DNA from: Sedimentisphaera cyanobacteriorum
GTDB lineage: Bacteria > Planctomycetota > Phycisphaerae > Sedimentisphaerales > Sedimentisphaeraceae
DNA length: 32,000 nt
Assembly: GCF_001997385.1 (NCBI RefSeq)
Contig: NZ_CP019633.1
Span: 2,760,001-2,792,000 of the forward strand
Reading direction: 5' to 3'
Shown here: piece by piece, positions 17,577-25,171 of the stretch
Numbering within the stretch: position 1 is the first letter of the stretch
Layout: each line of letters begins with the position of its first letter
Made by a program: the position numbers and the translations under genes
The notes under the pieces: generated by a model
Told to the model about the DNA's origin: nothing
The model's input: the letters and a program-made list of their open reading frames with translations, nothing else
Databases searched by the model: none

Positions 17577-17640
17577 TGTTAAAACACGGTGAGCGAAAAA
17601 TTAGCATAATGTTAGAAAAACTGTTAAAAGGTATTAAAAC
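17577..17640. promoter_or_regulatory. Pho-box-like direct repeats (TGTTAAAA-type) in the pstC / esterase divergent intergenic region
   Basis: TGTTAAAAC (17577), TGTTAGAAAAAC (17610), TGTTAAAAG (17622), TATTAAAAC (17632); start spacings 33, 12 and 10 nt, near the helical repeat. Confidence 0.3.
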
Positions 17641-17738
17641 ATTTCTTCTTTTTCTGAAATTTAACTTTTCATTATTCATCAGCCGGTTATTATATTAATC
17701 TAAAAGAAACTGAAATTTATTAATATCCGGAGGTTTTT

Positions 17739-19733
17739 ATGAAGACTTTCAAAGTTTGTTTAATACTTTTCTTTGTTGGCGTTTCAGCGGCGTTTTCTGA
17801 TATTTGGATGCCTGCAATTTTCTCAGACGGTATGATTCTTCAGCGGGGAAAGGAAAATGTTATCTGGGGAACCTGCGAAGAAGGGCAGAAGGTTGAATTC
17901 AGCTCAAGCTGGATTCCCGGCAAAATGGTCCACAAACCGGATAACAGCGGCAGATGGGAATTCAGGTTTCTCCCGCCGAAGGCGGGGCAGGGCTATTCAA
18001 TAACCATAAAAACCCAGAAAGACCAGCATATTATCAACGATGTCTCCTGCGGCGAGGTTTGGGTGTGCTCTGGGCAGTCCAATATGGATACCAGCTCCAG
18101 CAGTTATCCCGATAAGTACAATCTTGCCGAAAAGATAGACCTACCAAAGGTGAAGATGTTCCACATCCCCCACACCCTCTCACGGACACCTGAAAAAGAT
18201 GTAGATGCTGAATGGTTCAAGGCAGTTTCTTCTGATCCCAGAACCTCTGAGTTCAGCGCAACCGGATATTACTTCGGCAAAAAACTTTACGATGAGCTGA
18301 ATGTCCCTATTGGTCTGATACATACCGCTTGGGGCGGTTCTCGCATAGAGCCGTGGACACCGCTTTGCGGGTATGAAGGAATCCAAAGGCTCTCTATGCT
18401 CAAAAAGAGCATAATAGAAGGTACACCCGGAACGCCGGAGTATAAAAAGAGAATGAAAAATTATTTCGCAAGCCGTAAAAAATGGCTCGATAGAGCTGAA
18501 GAAACGCTTGCAGAAGGCGGCTTCGTTTCTCCCGGGCCGGAATTCCCTGAAATGCCGGGAATGGGCAATAAAGGCGATGTCGGAATATACAACGCAATGA
18601 TTCACCCCATCGAAGGCCTTGCGATAAAGGGCTTTATATGGTATCAGGGCGAGGCAAACAGGGCTGACGGTATGCTCTATGCTTGGAAAAAGAAGGCCCT
18701 TGTAGAAGGATGGCGTAAGGTATGGGACGATTATACCCTCCCGTTCTATTATGTTCAGATAGCGCCGTATCAGTATGGAGATGAAGACCCTTCAATGCTC
18801 CCTCGCCTGCAGGCGGGGCAGGAGTATGCACAGAAAATTACAAAAAACACTGCGATGGTGATAGTGAATGATTTTGCAACAATAAACGATATTCATCCCC
18901 CGCAAAAAAGACCTGTAGGCGAGAGGCTCGCAGGGCTCGCTCTCAGCAGAGACTACGGTTTTGAAGATTTGAAGGCATACAGCCCGCAGTTTGAATCAAT
19001 GGAAGTTGAAAACGGCAAAGCGGTTTTGAGCTTCACCCATACCTACGGCAGCCTCAAATCCCGAAACGGCAAACCGCTTACTCATTTCGAAATTGCCTGG
19101 GAAGACGGCAAATTTTACAAGGCAAAGGCTGTTATAAGAGGTGATAAGGTGGTTGTATCAAGCGGGGAGGTTTCAAAACCGGATGCGGTGCGTTTTGCTT
19201 GGCACAAAACCGCCGAGCCCAATCTCGAAAACGCTGCTGGATTGCCTGCCGGGCCGTTTACTACCAATCTCGACGAGCTTATCCCCCCTGAGGGAGTAAA
19301 TCTTGCCCCTTACGGAAGCTGGAAATGCTCTGACAGAAATCCCTGGAACTGGGATTCCGGCCTTACAGACGGAAGCTGGGAAGGCAAAAGGGGCTCTTGT
19401 ATGGCTTCGGGAAGATCAGAAGAATTTCCAAAGCATATCCTGCTCGACCTTGAAGATGTGTGTAAAGTTGACAAGATCGTTTTCGGCGTTCCGAATTTCG
19501 GGTCAACCAAAGATGTGGATGTGTATGCAGGTAAGGACAAAGGCAATCTCAAAAAGCTTGCCTCCAAAACATTCGAGTTCAAAAAAGCCTCAAAACGTAC
19601 AGTGAATGCCGGCAGTAAGGATGTTAGATACGTAAAGCTTGTTTTCCGTGATAACTACGACAGAACAGCAGGCTACGATTCGGACTTTATCTTCATAACC
19701 GAATTGGAAGTCTGGGGCGTACCGGGCGAATAA
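17739..19733 (+). CDS. secreted sialate O-acetylesterase (SASA family) with C-terminal F5/8 type C (discoidin) domain
   Basis: Signal peptide; GEVWVCSGQSNM catalytic-Ser motif, HTAWGGSRIEPW, WYQGEAN; C-terminal discoidin-like domain ending ITELEVWG; GGAGG RBS. Confidence 0.85.
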   Translation: MKTFKVCLILFFVGVSAAFSDIWMPAIFSDGMILQRGKENVIWGTCEEGQKVEFSSSWIPGKMVHKPDNSGRWEFRFLPPKAGQGYSITIKTQKDQHIINDVSCGEVWVCSGQSNMDTSSSSYPDKYNLAEKIDLPKVKMFHIPHTLSRTPEKDVDAEWFKAVSSDPRTSEFSATGYYFGKKLYDELNVPIGLIHTAWGGSRIEPWTPLCGYEGIQRLSMLKKSIIEGTPGTPEYKKRMKNYFASRKKWLDRAEETLAEGGFVSPGPEFPEMPGMGNKGDVGIYNAMIHPIEGLAIKGFIWYQGEANRADGMLYAWKKKALVEGWRKVWDDYTLPFYYVQIAPYQYGDEDPSMLPRLQAGQEYAQKITKNTAMVIVNDFATINDIHPPQKRPVGERLAGLALSRDYGFEDLKAYSPQFESMEVENGKAVLSFTHTYGSLKSRNGKPLTHFEIAWEDGKFYKAKAVIRGDKVVVSSGEVSKPDAVRFAWHKTAEPNLENAAGLPAGPFTTNLDELIPPEGVNLAPYGSWKCSDRNPWNWDSGLTDGSWEGKRGSCMASGRSEEFPKHILLDLEDVCKVDKIVFGVPNFGSTKDVDVYAGKDKGNLKKLASKTFEFKKASKRTVNAGSKDVRYVKLVFRDNYDRTAGYDSDFIFITELEVWGVPGE

Positions 19734-19823
19734 GAGTTCATTGCTTTTTAAAATTTCTTTGGATGCTTAAGATATTGCGTTCTTCGAAATTAGAAGTGAT
19801 TTTTTAGTATTATTCCAAATAAC

Positions 19824-19852
19824 AAAAAGGCTCTCTTATGAGAGCCTTTTTT
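19824..19852. terminator. bidirectional rho-independent terminator
   Basis: AAAAA-GGCTCTC-TTAT-GAGAGCC-TTTTTT: 7-bp GC-rich stem, 4-nt loop, A-run and T-run flanks; 90 nt after the esterase stop. Confidence 0.75.
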
Positions 19853-19873
19853 AAATAAGCAGCCGTTTTTTTG

Positions 19874-19911
19874 TTTAAGAAAAAGAGAGTTAACCCCGAT
19901 TTCTCACTTAG
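19874..19911. repeat. IS left inverted repeat
   Basis: TTTAAGAAAAAG-AGAG-TTAACCCCGATTTCTCACTTAG; the 22-nt core 19890-19911 is the exact reverse complement of 21860-21881. Confidence 0.8.
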
Positions 19912-20040
19912 CGTTCAAAATCGTGAAAAATCAAAATTTTTTCTTTGATTCTGCGTTGTAATCGGCGTTTTAAAGTCTCTTTAGTCTCTGGTACAGACCT
20001 GCCCTATTGCAAGTGATTTTTCATCAGCAATAATATTGTT

Positions 20041-21801
20041 ATGTACTTGAAGAAGCACAAGCGAAAGAAGAATGGTAAGATCAATTCCTATTACAGCATA
20101 GCGGAGAAGCGTAAGGTTTCTCGCGGGCGTTATGTTGAGAAGATGGTGCTGTATCTTGGTGAAATCTCTGATTCTCAGAAGAAGTCTTGGCAGAGATCCA
20201 TTGAGATAATCAACGAGGACAACAAGCCTGTCCGCAAGTCATTATTCGCTTTTGATCAGGACAATCACACACATCACGACATAGATACGATTCCGGTAAA
20301 GCTCTCAAAGATGAAGCTTAACAACCCCAGAACATTCGGGGACTGCTGGCTCGGCTGCGAGATATGGGATATGCTGGGATTAGACACCTTCTGGTCGGAG
20401 AGGATAGACACTGCCAAATCGCCGGTTGACTATTCAAAAGTTGTAAAATTGCTGACAGTAAACCGTCTTATCAAGCCCGGAGCGGAGTTTTATGTCCACC
20501 GGCACTGGTTCACTCAGACCGCAATGGATGTATTGCTGGGCTGTGAATTTGATGTTGCCGAAAAAAACCGGCTTTACCGTTGTCTGGACAGGATATTGCC
20601 GTATAAAGAAGAGCTTTGTTCTTATTTGAAAGACACATGGCAGATGATGTTCAATCTGGAATATGACATTCTGCTTTACGATATAACCAGTACTTATTTT
20701 GAGGGATTATGCAAAAGCAATCCCAAGGCAAAATTCGGCCACAGCAAAGACCGCAGAGGCGATTGCAGGCAGATTCTTATCGCTTTGGTAGTTACCCCTG
20801 AGGGATTTCCGATCAATTATGAGATACTCGCCGGCAACACCTCAGAGAGAACAACGCTTAAACCCTTGTTAAACAAGATAGAGTCGAAATACGGCAAGGC
20901 AGGCAGGTTATGGCTGATGGACAGAGGTATTCCAACAGAAGCTGTGCTGGAGTATATGCGTGATAACGGGATTGATTATCTTGTCGGAACGCCCCGTAAG
21001 CTGCTGGATGAATTCCAAGAAGAGCTTTCTGTGAAAAGCTGGTTTGATGTAAATGGAAGCGTTCGCATAAAGCATATAGCCAAAGATGACGAATGCTATA
21101 TTCTTGCTCGAAGCAAAGAGAGAATGGCTAAAGAACGGGCTATGCGTAAAAGAAAGCTCCGTAATTACTTAGAAGGACTGGAGAAGTTAAAGAAATGCCG
21201 CAGCCGAGATGTTTTTATGCAAAGGCTCGGCAAACTCAAACATCAGGCGGGCAGCTGCCGTAAGTGTGTAACTCTTACGATTCCCCGAAATAAGGAAAGG
21301 ATTGAGAAGGGCGAGTTTGATTATAAGTTTGAAGCGAGCAAATATAAAGAAATGATATACCGCGACGGCACATACTTTTTGCGTACAAACCAGTCTGGCA
21401 AGGATGGTGCAGCCCTGTGGAAGGAATATATGCTTCAGTGCAACGTTGAGCAGGCATTCAGGGAGCTCAAGAGCGATCTGGGAATTCGTCCTGTCTATCA
21501 CCATAAGCAAGACAGGGTTGAGGCTCATGTGTTTGTAGCGTTTATGAGCTATTGTTTGCAAGTAACACTGAGGCATAAGCTCAGGGCAAGCGCCTGCGGG
21601 ATGACTGCTCAGGCGGCATTAGCAGCAATGTCTCGGATCCAGATGCTGGATGTTTCATTTGAAACGCAAGACAGCAGAACTCTGCTTATGCAGAGATATA
21701 CAGAACCGGAAGACGAACACAAGCTGCTGCTGCAGAAATTGAAGATAGAACTGCCGCCGCAAAAACCTCCGAAAATATACAGCGGGAAACTGAAAAAATA
21801 A
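20041..21801 (+). CDS. IS1634-family DDE transposase
   Basis: N-terminus MYLKKHKRKKNGKINSYYSIAEKRKVSRGRYVEKMVLYLGE typical of IS1634-family transposases; DDE candidates in LYDITSTYFEG, WLMDRGI and NVEQAFRELKSDLGIRPVYH. Confidence 0.9.
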   Translation: MYLKKHKRKKNGKINSYYSIAEKRKVSRGRYVEKMVLYLGEISDSQKKSWQRSIEIINEDNKPVRKSLFAFDQDNHTHHDIDTIPVKLSKMKLNNPRTFGDCWLGCEIWDMLGLDTFWSERIDTAKSPVDYSKVVKLLTVNRLIKPGAEFYVHRHWFTQTAMDVLLGCEFDVAEKNRLYRCLDRILPYKEELCSYLKDTWQMMFNLEYDILLYDITSTYFEGLCKSNPKAKFGHSKDRRGDCRQILIALVVTPEGFPINYEILAGNTSERTTLKPLLNKIESKYGKAGRLWLMDRGIPTEAVLEYMRDNGIDYLVGTPRKLLDEFQEELSVKSWFDVNGSVRIKHIAKDDECYILARSKERMAKERAMRKRKLRNYLEGLEKLKKCRSRDVFMQRLGKLKHQAGSCRKCVTLTIPRNKERIEKGEFDYKFEASKYKEMIYRDGTYFLRTNQSGKDGAALWKEYMLQCNVEQAFRELKSDLGIRPVYHHKQDRVEAHVFVAFMSYCLQVTLRHKLRASACGMTAQAALAAMSRIQMLDVSFETQDSRTLLMQRYTEPEDEHKLLLQKLKIELPPQKPPKIYSGKLKK

Positions 21802-21833
21802 CACATCTTTGGCGACAGACCAACCCCTCTGAC

Positions 21834-21860
21834 GGGGGTAAAAACGCACTTTTTACCCCC
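21834..21860. other. perfect 11-bp stem hairpin abutting the right IS end
   Basis: GGGGGTAAAAA-CGCAC-TTTTTACCCCC; its last nucleotide is the first nucleotide of the right inverted repeat. Confidence 0.6.
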
Positions 21861-21894
21861 TAAGTGAGAAATCGGGGTTAAACTTTTTCTTAAA
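21860..21894. repeat. IS right inverted repeat
   Basis: CTAAGTGAGAAATCGGGGTTAA-A-CTTTTTCTTAAA, reverse complement of the left repeat with a 1-nt versus 4-nt spacer difference. Confidence 0.8.
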
Positions 21895-22056
21895 AGTGTT
21901 ATTGTTAGTAGAAACAAATTTTACTCAAAAGTCTTTAAAAGTAAATCCTTAAAATAAGCTTCACATTATATTATAACACCCACGAAATACCTTTGTCCTG
22001 CAGCTTGCAGGAGAACAGTCTCGATATTATTACTCATCAGAAAAGAGGAGTCTTTT

Positions 22057-22569
22057 TCAGTGCTCATGTCCTTCGTGCCCGTTATGTCCCCCGTGAGCGT
22101 GGCCGTTTTGGCCGCCGTAGGCGTGGCCGAAATCGTGAAGCAGCTCTCTTAAGTTTTCAATATGCTCGAAGTCTGTAGTCTGCTTTGTTTTCATCGCTTC
22201 CACAAGCATCTTGTGCAGGAGGGTGAGCTGGGTCTGATATTTATCGAACGCCTTTTCATCGCTCTTTTCTGCTGGCTTAATGCGCTGCGCCATATAGTAG
22301 TAGGTGATAATTTCCGAGAGCTGCTGGGCGTGCTGTTCCTTGTTATTCACCCATCTTACAATCTGGTTGTAATTCTTTTCTTCTTCCTCAGACAGCTCTT
22401 TAATCAGCCGCATCGATTTTTCGATTGTTGTGATATGCTCTGCCATCATTTTCATACGCATATCATCATCGTAGATCCCGCAGGGAATTTGGCAGTGCGC
22501 ACCTGCTGGCGAATAAAACATAAGCGCCGCAGCCAAGGCCGGAAGTACGAATAAAATCTTTTTTCTCAT
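22057..22569 (-). CDS. sodN: nickel-containing superoxide dismutase with Sec-type leader and His-rich C-terminal tail
   Basis: Residues 25-33 HCQIPCGIY = Ni-hook motif (His1, Cys2, Pro5, Cys6, Tyr9 of mature NiSOD); helical bundle-sized body; leader MRKKILFVLPALAAALMFYSPAGA; tail HDFGHAYGGQNGHAHGGHNGHEGHEH. Confidence 0.85.
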   Translation of the reverse strand: MRKKILFVLPALAAALMFYSPAGAHCQIPCGIYDDDMRMKMMAEHITTIEKSMRLIKELSEEEEKNYNQIVRWVNNKEQHAQQLSEIITYYYMAQRIKPAEKSDEKAFDKYQTQLTLLHKMLVEAMKTKQTTDFEHIENLRELLHDFGHAYGGQNGHAHGGHNGHEGHEH

Positions 22570-22700
22570 TTCAGTACCCTTTCAATAACAATTATCATTT
22601 TAAAAAGCTTTACACCCAGCCCCTGATGATTGTTCATTTTCATTTTTCTGAGCCTCGCAAATATCTCCGGGCAGGCAGCCCTCTGCTTTTCGCAAGCTTC

Positions 22701-25088
22701 TTATTTCCAGTTCTCAGCGAATACAGATAAATCCATCATATCTACTGATGAGTCCATATTGAAATCGCACCTTGTTTTCGTTTCGCTGCTTGAGCCGGCG
22801 AGCCATTCTGAGATAAACAGCGATAAATCCGCAAGGCTGATCTCCAGATCGCTGTTTATATCGCAAACAGTTTTGTTCCAGCTGCTGTGAACATTGGAGA
22901 AGATTACGTCTGAGAGTTTGCTGTCGTTATGTGCTGTAACGCACAGTCCTGCCCTGAACCCGCCTGTAATATCTATGGTTCTCGAGCCCACCTCTCGCCA
23001 GTCTGAGCCGTTGGAGGAGTAGTATCCGGTTAGAAGGCTGCCTGCTTTTTCCAGCCTCAGCCATCCTGAAGAGCCGCCTGAGGCGTCTTTAACGCTGTCG
23101 CTCTCACCGGCCTGCTGCTCTCGATACTGGAAGCTCGCTCCCTGACCGGCAGTGCACGCTATCATTGCGTGTTTGGAATCGCTGCTGAGGCTCTGGCGAA
23201 CCATCAGTCCTGCCTTTGCCCAGTCGCTTGTATTTACCATACTCTCAACCTTTGCGGTTATAAATCCGTCTGCCTCGCCGACAAAGCTTGCGTAATGGAA
23301 ATTGTCTGATGAGCCCCATATATCATCTCCGCCTCCGCAAACGGTGTATATGCCTTCTGAATAATAGCATTTCCCGTTTTCTGAAGGAGAGCCTATATCG
23401 CGGGCATCCCAGCCAAGAGGCAGGCTGTTGTCTGCCTGATTGGGTCTTGTAGGCTGATTGCGGTAGATAAGGCCGGTGGAGGTGAGCTCCCCGTCCTCCA
23501 TAAAGGTGCCGAACCCACCGTTCGGCTCGAAATACGAGTACCTTTCAACATAACCTATCTTTTCGAGATAAGGAAGTGCAAGCTCCAGAAAACCATCCTG
23601 AATCGGCCTCTGCCTGAATTTGTTGGCGTTGAATTCTGTTATCCATATTGGTTTTTTGTATAATGTATGAACGCGGTTTAAATAATTCTTGAACCGACGG
23701 AAAACATTCGCCGGATTCGGGTTTGTGTTATTTTCGGGATTGCTGCCCCAGTCGTACCAGTGCACGCCGATAAAATCCATCCGGATATCCTGCTGTTCTG
23801 CCAGATCAGCAAAGTAAGGCAGCCACGTAAAAACGGCATTCTCCCTGCAAGAAGGAGACCCGAGCCTGAGCCCTGCCATCTGGAGGTTGCTGAAATACTG
23901 AATAGACACTGTCTGGTCGCACATATTATACCACTGTCCGGACTGGTCTTCGCAGTTGTCCACTTCATTAAAGCCCAGAAGATGAGTTACATAAGGTTTT
24001 GATATATAATAGTCAATATCAGACATCTCATCCGCCCCGTTTTTCCCCCAGCTCATCGGAACGAATTCATACTCAGGCGAGGAGCTGCTTCCCGAGCCCC
24101 AGTTGTAGAACCACTGCTGGTTTACCGGTGAATCCCGTCCGGTGCATACCCCTTTTTTCCCGAGGAAATTCAACGCCAGCACACGCACAAACGAAACATC
24201 TCCTGCAAGTTCTGGAGGAAGGTTTACAATCAGATCTCTGTCGTAGGCGCTGTAGCAGCGGCTCCCGCCCGTTCCGTTTACGTTTACACCGAGAACGGCC
24301 TGATATCCCTGCTTCAGAAGTATTGAAGCGGCCTGATTATCTAAGCCGTTGGGGATATCTGACCCGCTGAAGATATCGAATGTGCCGATTTCGCAGGAAT
24401 CCCCGTAAAGGCCCTGCTGAGAATACATCGTAAGCGGAAGGCCTGTATCCGCAGAGCTAACCTTATGCAGAACGTAGCCGAGAAGCTGCCCGCTGGACCC
24501 GTCGTGATCGCCAAAGTTAATGCGCAGGGTTTCCTTTTCCTTTCTGCATCGCCATATCCCGCCGATCAAATCTGCTGTTGCGCCGGTGTTTCCGTTGAGA
24601 AATGTGCTGTCCAGCTCACCGCTGAGGTCCTCATCCACGGGGAATATCATCTCCTGTCCGCACCAGCTCCATGAAGGCCCTGTTATCGCCTGAAGCCTGT
24701 AGCTCTCTCCGGGCTCCAAATCGGTGAGTGCTATCTCTATAAATCCGTTCCAGCCGGATCTGATGCCTGTAGAGATGAAATTCAAGGCATCTGAATCCGA
24801 AGGGTCTGAAAGACTGGCTGTGTATTTGCTGAAATTTTCAAAATCCCCGCCGCCTGAGGATATATTTCCTGTTTCGGTGGAGAAGCTGATTCCTGCTATG
24901 ACTGCTGAATCGGCATTATTCCCGCAGTTAACAGCGGCCGTGAGCTCACCGGTATTCTGGATTTGGTCAGGAAAAATCAAATCATTAGATTTGAAAAAAG
25001 TTGAGGCATCCAGAGCCTCTGCGGGAATGGCAGGTGCTAGCATAATAAGTGTATAAAAAACTTTGCGGATACTGAATTTTGCAGTCAT
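22701..25088 (-). CDS. secreted glycoside hydrolase (Glyco_hydro_cc / GH128-like core) with N-terminal beta-sandwich region, ConA-like lectin domain and C-terminal dockerin-like module
   Basis: Signal peptide; WFYNWG, FVPMSWG, LGFNEVDN (acid/base Glu) and IWITEFN (nucleophile Glu) motifs of clan GH-A Glyco_hydro_cc; DUF1349/ConA-like segment DWAKAGLMVR...GWLRLEKAG...YYSSNGSDW; C-terminal DINSDLEISLAD...DFNMDSSVDMMD. Confidence 0.8.
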   Translation of the reverse strand: MTAKFSIRKVFYTLIMLAPAIPAEALDASTFFKSNDLIFPDQIQNTGELTAAVNCGNNADSAVIAGISFSTETGNISSGGGDFENFSKYTASLSDPSDSDALNFISTGIRSGWNGFIEIALTDLEPGESYRLQAITGPSWSWCGQEMIFPVDEDLSGELDSTFLNGNTGATADLIGGIWRCRKEKETLRINFGDHDGSSGQLLGYVLHKVSSADTGLPLTMYSQQGLYGDSCEIGTFDIFSGSDIPNGLDNQAASILLKQGYQAVLGVNVNGTGGSRCYSAYDRDLIVNLPPELAGDVSFVRVLALNFLGKKGVCTGRDSPVNQQWFYNWGSGSSSSPEYEFVPMSWGKNGADEMSDIDYYISKPYVTHLLGFNEVDNCEDQSGQWYNMCDQTVSIQYFSNLQMAGLRLGSPSCRENAVFTWLPYFADLAEQQDIRMDFIGVHWYDWGSNPENNTNPNPANVFRRFKNYLNRVHTLYKKPIWITEFNANKFRQRPIQDGFLELALPYLEKIGYVERYSYFEPNGGFGTFMEDGELTSTGLIYRNQPTRPNQADNSLPLGWDARDIGSPSENGKCYYSEGIYTVCGGGDDIWGSSDNFHYASFVGEADGFITAKVESMVNTSDWAKAGLMVRQSLSSDSKHAMIACTAGQGASFQYREQQAGESDSVKDASGGSSGWLRLEKAGSLLTGYYSSNGSDWREVGSRTIDITGGFRAGLCVTAHNDSKLSDVIFSNVHSSWNKTVCDINSDLEISLADLSLFISEWLAGSSSETKTRCDFNMDSSVDMMDLSVFAENWK

Positions 25089-25171
25089 AAAAAGCTCCTA
25101 AATTGCTTGAATTACCTCTTTTGTCAGTTTTATACTTGTATGAGAGAAAATATGATTTTGTGAAAAATAAT

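Larger units (their letters stand above)
19874..21894 (+). mobile_element. IS1634-family (IS4-like DDE) insertion sequence, apparently intact
   Basis: Single 586-aa transposase flanked by inverted repeats: perfect 22-bp core plus a 12-bp outer segment; visibly lower GC than the flanks. Confidence 0.85.

Noticed and set aside
19861-19873. Search for a target-site duplication flanking the IS, using either boundary definition
   Set aside because: The left flanks (GCCGTTTTTTTG or AAGAGAG) and right flanks (AGTGTTATTG or AACTTTTT) share no direct repeat, so I report that none was found rather than inventing one.
20562-20568. A_AAA_AAC heptamer in the zero frame of the transposase gene, a classical -1 slippery-site pattern
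   Set aside because: The transposase is one uninterrupted 586-aa ORF containing all DDE candidates. No downstream alternative frame needs to be reached, and I do not know of IS1634-family elements that use frameshifting.
21609-21917. 102-aa and 64-aa minus-strand ORFs spanning the transposase 3' end and the right inverted repeat
   Set aside because: They are antisense to the transposase and cross the IS boundary. The sequence is low-complexity with no RBS.
21993-22554. Plus-strand ORFs (61 aa and 130 aa) overlapping sodN
   Set aside because: They are antisense to a gene with a diagnostic Ni-hook motif. Their Arg/Gly-rich or Leu/Phe-rich translations are typical of shadow frames.
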